From Gemmatimonadales bacterium (GTDB lineage Bacteria > Gemmatimonadota > Gemmatimonadetes > Gemmatimonadales > GWC2-71-9), in contig JBFJHJ010000037.1 in the NCBI GenBank assembly GCA_041613315.1, positions 1-28,441 of the forward strand: a stretch of DNA of 28,441 nucleotides. Reading direction: 5' to 3'. The first letter of the stretch is position 1, and every line of letters begins with the position of its first letter. Both the position numbers and the translations under genes were made by a program. The notes under the pieces are model-generated. The model was not told where the DNA came from. It made no database searches and saw only the letters and a program-made list of their open reading frames with translations. Positions 1-7,421 of this stretch are shown here, piece after piece.

Positions 1-315
1 CTTCTTCTCCAGCAGCGGCGCGATCAGGAAATCGGCGACGACGTCCTCCGCTTCGACGAGGTTGGTCATCGGGGCGTCCGGGTTCGCGACCTGGATGCGC
101 CGGAGCCGCACCGACCCCTCACCGAGCCGGACGTCCGCCGCCTCCACGTCCACCCGCGCCCCCACGACCCGGGCGCCGGCCTCCTCGACGCCGCGGCGGA
201 CGAGGGTGTCCAGATACAGCAGCCACCCCCCACCGAGGAGCACGAGCAAGAGGGCGAGCGGGACGATCGCCTTCCAGCGGAACAGGAGCCGCAAGAGCCG
301 CAGGGGCGCGCTCAC
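1..315 (-). CDS. TIGR03545-family membrane-anchored protein (AsmA-like), N-terminal part; runs off the window edge
   Basis: Not in the ORF track. Read manually from GTG at 315 (GTGA overlap with the upstream stop): MSAPLRLLRLLFRWKAIVPLALLLVLLGGGWLLYLDTLVRRGVEEAGARVVGARVDVEAADVRLGEGSVRLRRIQVANPDAPMTNLVEA...PLLEKK. N-terminal TM helix, 'QVANP..PM.NL' motif, and adjacency to the TIGR03546 gene, its usual partner. Confidence 0.8.
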   Translation of the reverse strand, partial: MSAPLRLLRLLFRWKAIVPLALLLVLLGGGWLLYLDTLVRRGVEEAGARVVGARVDVEAADVRLGEGSVRLRRIQVANPDAPMTNLVEAEDVVADFLIAPLLEKK

Positions 316-827
316 GGGCGGAACAGCCGGTACACGTTGTAGATCTTCGACGCCCGCACCGCCTGGAAGGCCTTCGTGTGCCGTAGCCGCTCGTACACCG
401 TGGCACGGTAGCGCGCGACGCCCCACCGGGCGGCGAGGAAGAGCGGCAGCGTCAGGACCAGCCACCCCAAGAGACTTCCCAGCACGACGGAGTTGTTGAG
501 GTTGGCAAGAGCGAGGACCGGCGTGTTGTAGACCGTGGTCCAGAGCCCCGCGAGCCCCGCTTGCGTGAGCACGGTCTGCCCCACGGCGTCGAATACCGGG
601 TCCAAGAGGAATCCCACGGGGACCATCGCGATCCAGCCGAGGAGCGCCCCCGGCACGGAGACGCGGAACACAATGATGACGGCGATGACGACGAGGTTGT
701 GCAGATTGATCAGCGGCGTGAGGCCCAGCGCCGCGCCCATCGCGAAGCCCGCCGCCACCTGCCCCGGCGTACCCTCGGAGTTCAGCGCGCGAACGAGATA
801 CTGGACCAGCTTGATCAGGGTGTACAT
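312..827 (-). CDS. TIGR03546-family (DUF2062-like) integral membrane protein
   Basis: ATG at 827 (MYTLIKLVQYLVRALNSEGTPGQVAAGFAMGAALGLTP...LNNSVVLGSLL). These motifs are characteristic of the family. The ORF-track extension to 950 looks non-coding. Confidence 0.85.
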   Translation of the reverse strand: MYTLIKLVQYLVRALNSEGTPGQVAAGFAMGAALGLTPLINLHNLVVIAVIIVFRVSVPGALLGWIAMVPVGFLLDPVFDAVGQTVLTQAGLAGLWTTVYNTPVLALANLNNSVVLGSLLGWLVLTLPLFLAARWGVARYRATVYERLRHTKAFQAVRASKIYNVYRLFRP

Positions 828-836
828 GGTGAATGA

Positions 837-865
837 ATTGTTTCGTGTCGCACGCGGGTTGTCTA
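837..865 (-). promoter_or_regulatory. Putative sigma70 promoter for the TIGR03546-TIGR03545 operon (near-leaderless)
   Basis: Minus strand reads TAGACA-N17-AACAAT-tcattcacc-ATG. No Shine-Dalgarno sequence. Confidence 0.45.
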
Positions 866-960
866 GGAGGCCCCGCTGAAGAACGGCGACACCCGCGAGG
901 CCGAAGGGAGCCGGCGTGGAGTGCCTTCGACGGAGTCGCTGCCCGCCCACGCCGCCCGCC

Positions 961-969
961 TGCTAGATT
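961..969 (+). promoter_or_regulatory. Extended -10 element for the acyl-CoA synthetase operon
   Basis: TGcTAGATT lies 8 nt before ATG 978. No SD present. Confidence 0.45.
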
Positions 970-977
970 CGACCCCG

Positions 978-3173
978 ATGTCGTCCCTCGACCCGATCCT
1001 CCGCCCGGCCTCGGTGGCCGTGATTGGCGCGTCGCGCCGCCCCGACACGATCGGCTGGCAGATCGTGGACAACCTCGTGCGACACGGCTTCCAGGGTCCG
1101 GTGTACCCGGTGAACCCACATGCCACGGCCATCCACTCGATCCGCGCCGCGGCCTCGGTGCGGGATCTTCCGGCACCGGTAGACCTGGGGGTCATCGTGG
1201 TTCCCAAGGAGCACGTGCTCACGGTCGTCCGCGACTGTATCGCCGCGGGCGTCCGGGGCCTCGTCGTGATCTCCGCGGGCTTCCGGGAAGTCGGGGGCGA
1301 GGGCGTCGAGCGGGAGCGGGCGCTCGTCGAGTTGGTCCGGGGCGCCGGTGTGCGCATGGTGGGGCCCAACTGCATGGGCGTGATCAATACCGATCCCGAC
1401 GTTCGGCTGAACGCCACGTTCGCGCCGTCGATGCCCCCCACGGGGCCCGTGGCCTTCATCAGCCAGTCCGGCGCCATGGGGCTCAGCGTGCTGGACTACG
1501 CCGAGAGCCTCGGCATCGGCATCTCGATGTTCGTCTCGAGCGGCAACAAGGCCGACGTGAGCGGCAACGATCTCTTGGCCTACTGGCGAGACGACCCTGC
1601 CACCAAGGTCGTCCTGATGTATCTCGAGAATTTCGGCAATCCGCGCACGTTCGTGGAGCTCGGACGCGAGATCACGCGCACCAAACCCATCTGCGTCGTG
1701 AAATCGGGGCGCACGGGAGCCGGCGCCCGGGCGGCGGCCTCGCACACGGGCGCGCTGGCCGGGGCCGATCTCGCCACCGATGCGATCATCGCGCAGGCGG
1801 GCGCCATTCGGGCCGAGACCGTGGGCGAGCTGTTCGACGTGGCGATGGCGTTCGCCAACCAGCCTCTGCCACGCGGCAATCGGGTGGCGATCGTGACCAA
1901 CGCGGGAGGGCCGGGGATCATCATCGCCGACGCCTGCGAGGCAAACGGTCTCGAGGTGACCGGGTTGAGCGCCGCGACCCAAGAGACGCTGCGGGCGCGT
2001 CTCCCCGAGGAAGCCAGTGTCCGCAACCCGGTGGACTTGATCGCCAGCGCCACCGCCGACAGCTATGCGTTCGCCCTCGGCTGCGTGTTCGACGACCCGT
2101 CGGTAGACGCCGCCATCGCGGCCTTCGTCCCGCCGCTGGGCATCCAGACCAGGGACGTGGCGGAGGCGATCGTGCGCGTCAACGCCCGCCATCAGGACAA
2201 GCCCCTCCTGGCGGTGCTCATGGGGCGCCAGGGGCTTCCGGCCGGCATCGCGGAGCTGCACGAGGCGCGTGTGCCGGCGTACATCTTTCCCGAGTCGGCG
2301 GCCCGCGCCCTGGGCGCGATGTGGCGCTTCCGCCGGAATTCGGAACGTCCGGCCGGACGGCCCGTGGTCCTCGAGGCCGACGACCGGCGGATCGCGGCGA
2401 TTCTGGAAGAGGCGGCGGCGGCCGGCCGCGCGCGGCTGAGCGAGCCCGAGGCGCTCCGCGTGCTGGAGGCGGCGGGCATCACCACGGTGCCGTGGCGGTT
2501 CGTCCCCCATGCAGCGCCCGACAGTCTCGCGAGCGCCGCCGCCCGGGCCGCCACCGACCTGGGGTTCCCCGTCGCGCTCAAGATTGTGAGCCCCGCGATC
2601 ATCCATAAGAGCGACGTCGGCGGCGTGGCGCTGGGGCTTACCGGACCGGCCGAGGTGGAAGACGTGGTGCGACAGATGCTCGCGCGTGTGGGCACGGCCA
2701 GGGGCGACGAGCCACCGGGTCCGCCGGACGAGCGGCAGAAGCGGGCGGCGCGTCAGCCGGAGGCGGTGTACCTTGACGGCGTGCTGGTCCAACGCATGGC
2801 GGAGGACGGCGTCGAGACGATCGTGGGACTCAACCGCGTCCCCCGCGTCGGGGCGCTCGTGATGTTCGGCATGGGCGGCATCTTTGTCGAGGTGATGCGG
2901 GACGTGGTGCTCCGGCTGAGTCCGCTGGTGGATACCGACGCCGCCACGATGCTCCGCCAGGTGAAAATGGCGCGACTGCTGGACGGCGTGCGTGGCCGGC
3001 CGCCGCGGGATCGCGCGGCGCTGATCGACGCGATCTTGCGGGTGTCCCAGCTGGCCGAGCGACATCCGCGCATCGTCGAGATGGACGTGAACCCACTCCT
3101 GGCGCTGGAGGTAGGGGCCGTGGCGATCGACGCCCGCATCGGGCTGGGGCCGGAGGCGAACCACGGGACATGA
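978..3173 (+). CDS. Acetate/acyl-CoA ligase (ADP-forming), fused alpha-beta subunits
   Basis: CoA-binding domain (SVAVIGAS, VYPVNP, GPNCMG), SQSGA, SSGNKADV, phospho-His motif AAASHTGALAG, and C-terminal ATP-grasp with HKSDVGGV and EMDVNPL. Start taken at MSSLDPILRP. Confidence 0.92.
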   Translation: MSSLDPILRPASVAVIGASRRPDTIGWQIVDNLVRHGFQGPVYPVNPHATAIHSIRAAASVRDLPAPVDLGVIVVPKEHVLTVVRDCIAAGVRGLVVISAGFREVGGEGVERERALVELVRGAGVRMVGPNCMGVINTDPDVRLNATFAPSMPPTGPVAFISQSGAMGLSVLDYAESLGIGISMFVSSGNKADVSGNDLLAYWRDDPATKVVLMYLENFGNPRTFVELGREITRTKPICVVKSGRTGAGARAAASHTGALAGADLATDAIIAQAGAIRAETVGELFDVAMAFANQPLPRGNRVAIVTNAGGPGIIIADACEANGLEVTGLSAATQETLRARLPEEASVRNPVDLIASATADSYAFALGCVFDDPSVDAAIAAFVPPLGIQTRDVAEAIVRVNARHQDKPLLAVLMGRQGLPAGIAELHEARVPAYIFPESAARALGAMWRFRRNSERPAGRPVVLEADDRRIAAILEEAAAAGRARLSEPEALRVLEAAGITTVPWRFVPHAAPDSLASAAARAATDLGFPVALKIVSPAIIHKSDVGGVALGLTGPAEVEDVVRQMLARVGTARGDEPPGPPDERQKRAARQPEAVYLDGVLVQRMAEDGVETIVGLNRVPRVGALVMFGMGGIFVEVMRDVVLRLSPLVDTDAATMLRQVKMARLLDGVRGRPPRDRAALIDAILRVSQLAERHPRIVEMDVNPLLALEVGAVAIDARIGLGPEANHGT

Positions 3174-3243
3174 GGCGCGGAGCTTCAGGCGTCATCGTTG
3201 ACGGCTCGGACGCCGCGATCCGCGGCGAGCGCGCGGAGGACCC

Positions 3244-4146
3244 ATGCGTGTGTTCCTGACGGGCGGCACCGGCTTCATCGGCACGCACCTGGTGCGCGCG
3301 CTCGTGGCGCGCGGGGACGAGTGCATCGTCCTGTCGCGCTCCGGGCGCGACCCCTGGCAGGATGTGCGCGTCCGCCTCGTGCGCGGCGACCCCACGTCGC
3401 CGGGAGACTGGCAACGGGAGGTCGCTGGAGCGGATGCGGTGGTCAACCTCGCGGGGGCGAAGATCGTCGACCCGCCCACACGCTGGACGCGAGCGCGCAA
3501 GCAAGAGCTCCGGGCGAGCCGCGTCCACTCGACTCGGCAGGTGGTGGCCGCGATCCGCCAGGCCACGCCCGCGCCCACAGCGCTGCTCAGCTCGTCGGCG
3601 ATCGGCTATTACGGTCCACAGGGCGACACGGTGCTCGACGAATCCGCTCCAGCCGGGACCGACTTCCTCGGTGACGTCGCTCGGGACTGGGAGGCGGCGG
3701 CGCGGGAGGCCGGGGACGTCACCCGGGTCGCCCTGCTGCGCACGGGAGCCGTGCTGGGAACCGACGGCGGGGCGCTCGCGCCGATGCTGCCGATCTTCCG
3801 ATTGGGACTCGGCGGTCCGTGGGGCGACGGGAAGCAGTGGTGGTCCTGGATCCATCTGGCGGACGAAGTGGGCCTCATCCTGTTCGCGCTGGACCGGGAG
3901 GTACGGGGCCCGCTGAACCTCACCGCGCCGAATCCCGTCACGGTCAACGTGTTCGCGAAGACGATGGGGACCGTCTTGCGGCGGCCGGCGATCTTCCGAG
4001 TGCCCGCGCCGCTCCTGCGGCTCGCACTGGGGGAGCAAGCCGATGCCCTGCTCGCCCTGCCGCGGGTGGTGCCGAAACGGGCGCTCGACATGCAGTACCG
4101 GTTCCGCTTCCCGGAGCTCGAGGGCGCACTCCGAGACCTCTTGTGA
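3244..4146 (+). CDS. TIGR01777-family NAD-dependent epimerase/oxidoreductase (YfcH-like)
   Basis: TGGTGFIG Rossmann motif, VVNLAG, SSAIGYYG, GLGGPWGDGKQWWSWIH, DUF1731-like C-terminus. GGAGGA SD upstream. Confidence 0.92.
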   Translation: MRVFLTGGTGFIGTHLVRALVARGDECIVLSRSGRDPWQDVRVRLVRGDPTSPGDWQREVAGADAVVNLAGAKIVDPPTRWTRARKQELRASRVHSTRQVVAAIRQATPAPTALLSSSAIGYYGPQGDTVLDESAPAGTDFLGDVARDWEAAAREAGDVTRVALLRTGAVLGTDGGALAPMLPIFRLGLGGPWGDGKQWWSWIHLADEVGLILFALDREVRGPLNLTAPNPVTVNVFAKTMGTVLRRPAIFRVPAPLLRLALGEQADALLALPRVVPKRALDMQYRFRFPELEGALRDLL

Positions 4147-4167
4147 GCCCGCCCGCGGCCGCCCGGC

Positions 4168-4716
4168 GTGATGACCTCCCCTCGCCCCCTCCTGCTGTTC
4201 CGAATCACGCTCGCCACCGTGGTCCTCGCGATGCTGGCCGTCACGCGATTCGGAACGCGCTGGCCCTCGATCTACGTCATGACGGGGCCGTCGATGGAAC
4301 CGACGGTCGCGCCCCGCGAATACTTCCTCGCGTGGGATCCGCCCGGCCGCGTGGCCCGCGGCGACCTCGTCATCTTCCGGTTCGTGGATGCGGACGGTGA
4401 GTACGACGTGCTGCGGCGGGTCGCGGGACTGCCGGGCGACACCGTGGCGATGACGGACGGTGCGGTACTCGTGAACCGCCGGCGATCGCCGTGGCCCTAT
4501 CAAGTCCTTCGCCCGGCCGCGTCTCGGTCTCCGTATGCGATCGGCGGCGAGCTCTACACGTGGGGACCGTGGGTCGTGCCGCGCGATTCTCTCCTGCTGC
4601 TGTCGGACACTCGCGACATGATCGGATGGCCCGACAGCAGGTTCATCGGCTTCGTGGGAGCGGACGCCATCGTGGCGCGGGCGACGAGAACCCTGAGGGG
4701 GCGGCGCCTGCGCTGA
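4168..4716 (+). CDS. Signal peptidase I (S26) homolog with atypical active site
   Basis: N-terminal TM, box B GPSMEPT, box C RGDLVIF, box D VLRRVAGLPGD (Lys replaced by Arg), box E SDTRDMIGWPDSRFIG. Confidence 0.85.
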   Translation: MMTSPRPLLLFRITLATVVLAMLAVTRFGTRWPSIYVMTGPSMEPTVAPREYFLAWDPPGRVARGDLVIFRFVDADGEYDVLRRVAGLPGDTVAMTDGAVLVNRRRSPWPYQVLRPAASRSPYAIGGELYTWGPWVVPRDSLLLLSDTRDMIGWPDSRFIGFVGADAIVARATRTLRGRRLR

Positions 4717-4725
4717 GGGCGTGAA

Positions 4726-4998
4726 CTAGGCCCCCGGCAGCCGTCGCACGTCGGTCGCCCCGTGTCGAGTCCCCAACCCCACGCCCAGCCCAAAGACGAG
4801 TGCGGAGCCAAGCCCCACGGCCGGAAGCAGCCATGCGACGGGAATGGCAGCCAGCGCCGCGACGCCCCCGGCGATGAGGGGCGCCGCGGGCTTCTGCACC
4901 GCGTCCACGAAGCGCAACCGCTGCCGCACGAAGCGGCGCGCCTGCAGATAGCCGAGCACCGTGACCGCGAACGTCACGCCAAGCCCTAGGAATTCCAT
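4726..4998 (-). CDS. Small hypothetical membrane protein (90 aa, about 3 hydrophobic segments)
   Basis: Strong SD (GAAGGAGGA) before ATG 4998; MEFLGLGVTFAVTVLGYLQARRFVRQRLRFVDAVQKPAAPLIAGG... Lies 19 nt downstream of aroF on the same strand. Confidence 0.75.
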   Translation of the reverse strand: MEFLGLGVTFAVTVLGYLQARRFVRQRLRFVDAVQKPAAPLIAGGVAALAAIPVAWLLPAVGLGSALVFGLGVGLGTRHGATDVRRLPGA

Positions 4999-5017
4999 CG
5001 GTCCTCCTTCCTCTGTC

Positions 5018-6070
5018 TCACGACGAGACTCGGACTGTGGAGGTTTCACGCGCCGGCGCAGGCTCGCCGGTGACGGCCGCGCGGACGGCGCCGACGTCGG
5101 CCATCAGGCGGGCGAACTCGGGAAAGTCGAGGGACTGGTCCCCGTCGCTCAGGGCGTGATCGGGCGCGGGATGCACCTCGACCAGGAGTCCGTCGGCCCC
5201 GGCCGCCGCCGCCGCCAGGGCGAGCGGTCGCACCAGATCCCGCCGCCCCGCCGCGTGCGAGGGATCCACGATCACGGGCAGATGTGTCTCACGTTTGAGA
5301 TAGGGGACCGCCCCGATATCCAACGTATTGCGCATCGCCCGCTCGAAGGTCCGGATCCCCCGCTCACACAAGACCACCCGCTCGTTGCCGGCGCTCAGCA
5401 CGTACTCGGCCGCCAGCAGAAAATCTTCCAAGGTGGCGGACATCCCGCGCTTGAGCAGCACCGGTTTCCCGGCCGCTCCCGCCTCGGAAAGGAGCGCGAA
5501 ATTCTGCATGTTGCGCGTCCCGATCTGGAGCACGTCGGCGTAACGCGCCACGAGGTCTACCTGCCGCGTGTCCAGCACCTCGGTCACGACCGGCAGGGCC
5601 GTGGCGGCCCGCACCTCGGCGAGCAGTTCCAGGGCCTCGAGCCCCAGGCCGCGAAACGAATATGGCGAGGTGCGGGGCTTGAACGCTCCCCCCCTGAGCG
5701 CCACCGCGCCCGCCGCCCGCACCGCCCGAGCGGTCTCCACCAGCATGTCCCGGTTCTCGACCGAGCACGGGCCGGCGATGACCGCGAAGTGACCATTCCC
5801 CACGCTGCCGTCGCCGAGGGCGATCACGGTGGGCCCGGCCGCGAACTCCCGGGACGCGAGCTTGTAGGCCCGGTCCACCGGCAGAAGAGTCTCGACGCCC
5901 GCGAGCGAGAGCAGCGGAAGCTCCCGCAGTCGATCCTCATCGCCGATGCAGCCGATGATGGTGCGGTGCTCACCTCGGGAGACATGGGGTGTCAGTCCCA
6001 TCGCCCGGACCCGCGCGAGCACGGCGTCCCGCTGCTGGTCGGTGGCGTCCTGCCGCATGACGATGACCAT
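5018..6070 (-). CDS. aroF: 3-deoxy-7-phosphoheptulonate (DAHP) synthase, type I-beta with N-terminal ACT/ferredoxin-like regulatory domain
   Basis: IAGPCSVE, GGAFKPRTSPYSFRG, QIGTRNMQNF, LLKRG, LCERGIRTFE, VDPSHA, EVHP...ALSDG. GGAGG SD before ATG 6070 (MVIVM). Confidence 0.95.
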   Translation of the reverse strand: MVIVMRQDATDQQRDAVLARVRAMGLTPHVSRGEHRTIIGCIGDEDRLRELPLLSLAGVETLLPVDRAYKLASREFAAGPTVIALGDGSVGNGHFAVIAGPCSVENRDMLVETARAVRAAGAVALRGGAFKPRTSPYSFRGLGLEALELLAEVRAATALPVVTEVLDTRQVDLVARYADVLQIGTRNMQNFALLSEAGAAGKPVLLKRGMSATLEDFLLAAEYVLSAGNERVVLCERGIRTFERAMRNTLDIGAVPYLKRETHLPVIVDPSHAAGRRDLVRPLALAAAAAGADGLLVEVHPAPDHALSDGDQSLDFPEFARLMADVGAVRAAVTGEPAPARETSTVRVSS

Positions 6071-6080
6071 ACATCCTCCG

Positions 6081-6117
6081 GGAAACACGACGGCCCCGCG
6101 TCGCCGCGGGGCCGTCG
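6081..6117 (-). terminator. Attenuator terminator hairpin upstream of aroF
   Basis: Perfect 13-bp stem CGACGGCCCCGCG/CGCGGGGCCGTCG (6088-6117) with GCGA tetraloop, followed by UGUUUCC on the minus strand. Confidence 0.8.
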
Positions 6118-6140
6118 GTGGTGGTCGTGCCGGAATCTCG

Positions 6141-6230
6141 TTAGCTCATGACTCCGCGCGCACGCACGCCGGCCGGCGGCCCCGAGAGGCCGTACCAATA
6201 CTCATCGGCGTAGGTGCGGTGGCTGAGCAT
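6141..6230 (-). CDS. Putative aroF attenuator leader peptide (29 aa, Tyr/Trp-rich)
   Basis: MLSHRTYADEYWYGLSGPPAGVRARGVMS*. Regulatory codons Y7, Y11, W12, Y13. Lies between a promoter and the terminator hairpin. Confidence 0.8.
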   Translation of the reverse strand: MLSHRTYADEYWYGLSGPPAGVRARGVMS

Positions 6231-6239
6231 GTTCTGCCG

Positions 6240-6267
6240 AATCTACCGGCGCGTGCGGCGCCGGCAA
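6240..6267 (-). promoter_or_regulatory. Putative sigma70 promoter for leader peptide/aroF
   Basis: Minus strand TTGCCG-N16-TAGATT, 9 nt before the leader ATG. Confidence 0.55.
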
Positions 6268-6350
6268 GGGGCTTGATAGGGTCGCGGCGGGTTCGTGAGG
6301 CGGGGCGCCTTCAACCGCCCGGACGGTGCGGGCGTGGCGAGGCGAGAGAG

Positions 6351-6422
6351 AGCCACCGGTCGGAATCGAACCGACGACCACTCGATTACGAATCGAGAGC
6401 TCTACCGCTGAGCTACGGTGGC
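6351..6422 (-). tRNA. tRNA-Thr(CGT)
   Basis: GCCACCGTAGCTCAGCGGTAGAGCTCTCGATTCGTAATCGAGTGGTCGTCGGTTCGATTCCGACCGGTGGCT folds into a complete cloverleaf with anticodon CGT. CCA not encoded. Confidence 0.96.
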
Positions 6423-6446
6423 GGACCATCCGGGTGTGGCGAGGGA

Positions 6447-6528
6447 TGCCCTGGCCCGGATTCGAACCGGGACGGCTTGCGCCACTGCCCCCTCAAGACA
6501 GCGTGTCTACCAGTTTCACCACCAGGGC
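6447..6528 (-). tRNA. tRNA-Leu(GAG)
   Basis: GCCCTGGTGGTGAAACTGGTAGACACGCTGTCTTGAGGGGGCAGTGGCGCAAGCCGTCCCGGTTCGAATCCGGGCCAGGGCA has a long variable arm and anticodon GAG. CCA not encoded. Confidence 0.96.
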
Positions 6529-6557
6529 GGAACCGACGTAACCTCAAAAGGCATCGG

Positions 6558-6586
6558 AACATATCCGACCCCGGCGAGGAGGTCAA
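6558..6586 (-). promoter_or_regulatory. sigma70 promoter of the tRNA-Leu/tRNA-Thr pair
   Basis: Minus strand TTGACC-N17-TATGTT, about 30 nt upstream of tRNA-Leu. Confidence 0.7.
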
Positions 6587-6670
6587 GCGGCCCGCGGCAG
6601 GTGGCCGCGCCAGCGACGCCTTTCTAGATTGGCGTACGCCCGCTGGTCCCGGAATCGCGAAAGACTGCGC

Positions 6671-7408
6671 ATGCACGTGCTCGTTGTCGAATCGAATCTC
6701 GCTGGTCAGGAGAGCCTCACCGCCCGTCTGCAACGGACCGGATTCAAGGTCACGACCGTGGCGGACGGCCGTTCGGCACTCACGGCGCTCGGGCGCTGGC
6801 CGATCGATGGGATCGTGTGCCACCCGCGCCTCCCCCTCGAGGGGGCCGTGGACTTCTATTCCGGCCTCGCGGCGCAGCATCCGGACGCCGCCGCCACCGT
6901 CGTCTTCCTCCTGCCCAAGACCGAGGCGGGCACCGTCCGCAAGGTGAAAAAGAAGACCGGGCGGCCCACGTTCGCCGAGCCCTGCGATATCGGCGAGTTG
7001 GCGAATGCCCTTCGGACCCTGGGGGACAAGGGCGCCAACCGCCGGGTCCTGATCATCGAGGACGACGTCGCGAATCGGACGGCCCTCACGAAGGCGATTC
7101 GCAAGGCGGGGTTCGAGGCGGATGCGGCCGAAGACGGGATCGCGGGCTATGCGCGCCTCCAGCAGCAGAGCTACGGTGTGATCGTCTGCGACGTGCGGAT
7201 GCCTTACCTCGGCGGGAAGAGCTTCTTCGAGCAGATCGAGGAGACGTACCCCAACATGGCGAGCCGCGTGGTGTTCGTGACTGCGTGGGCGAACGAGCCC
7301 GACACGCGCGCCTTCCTGGAGCGGACGGGCCAGCCGTTCCTTCCCAAGCCATACGACGTCGAGCAGCTCACGCAGGCGGTGGCCGACATCGCCCGCCGGC
7401 CACGCTGA
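6671..7408 (+). CDS. Response regulator with two tandem receiver domains (first degenerate) and no output domain
   Basis: Domain 1: HVLVVES...IDGIVCHPRLP...FAEP. Domain 2 is canonical: VLIIEDD...VIVCDVRMPYLGG...VFVTA...FLPKPY. Start taken at ATG 6671. Confidence 0.85.
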   Translation: MHVLVVESNLAGQESLTARLQRTGFKVTTVADGRSALTALGRWPIDGIVCHPRLPLEGAVDFYSGLAAQHPDAAATVVFLLPKTEAGTVRKVKKKTGRPTFAEPCDIGELANALRTLGDKGANRRVLIIEDDVANRTALTKAIRKAGFEADAAEDGIAGYARLQQQSYGVIVCDVRMPYLGGKSFFEQIEETYPNMASRVVFVTAWANEPDTRAFLERTGQPFLPKPYDVEQLTQAVADIARRPR

Positions 7409-7421
7409 GCACCGAGCGCCG

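Noticed and set aside
833..4503. Long alternative ORFs (833..2608 +, 963..3164 -, 2830..4503 -)
   Set aside because: Shadow ORFs of real genes in high-GC DNA. They are Arg/Pro/Gly-rich or antisense codon mirrors with no recognizable motifs.
6351..6528. tRNA pair as an integration site for an island or prophage
   Set aside because: No integrase, no duplicated tRNA 3' end and no compositional shift seen in the window.
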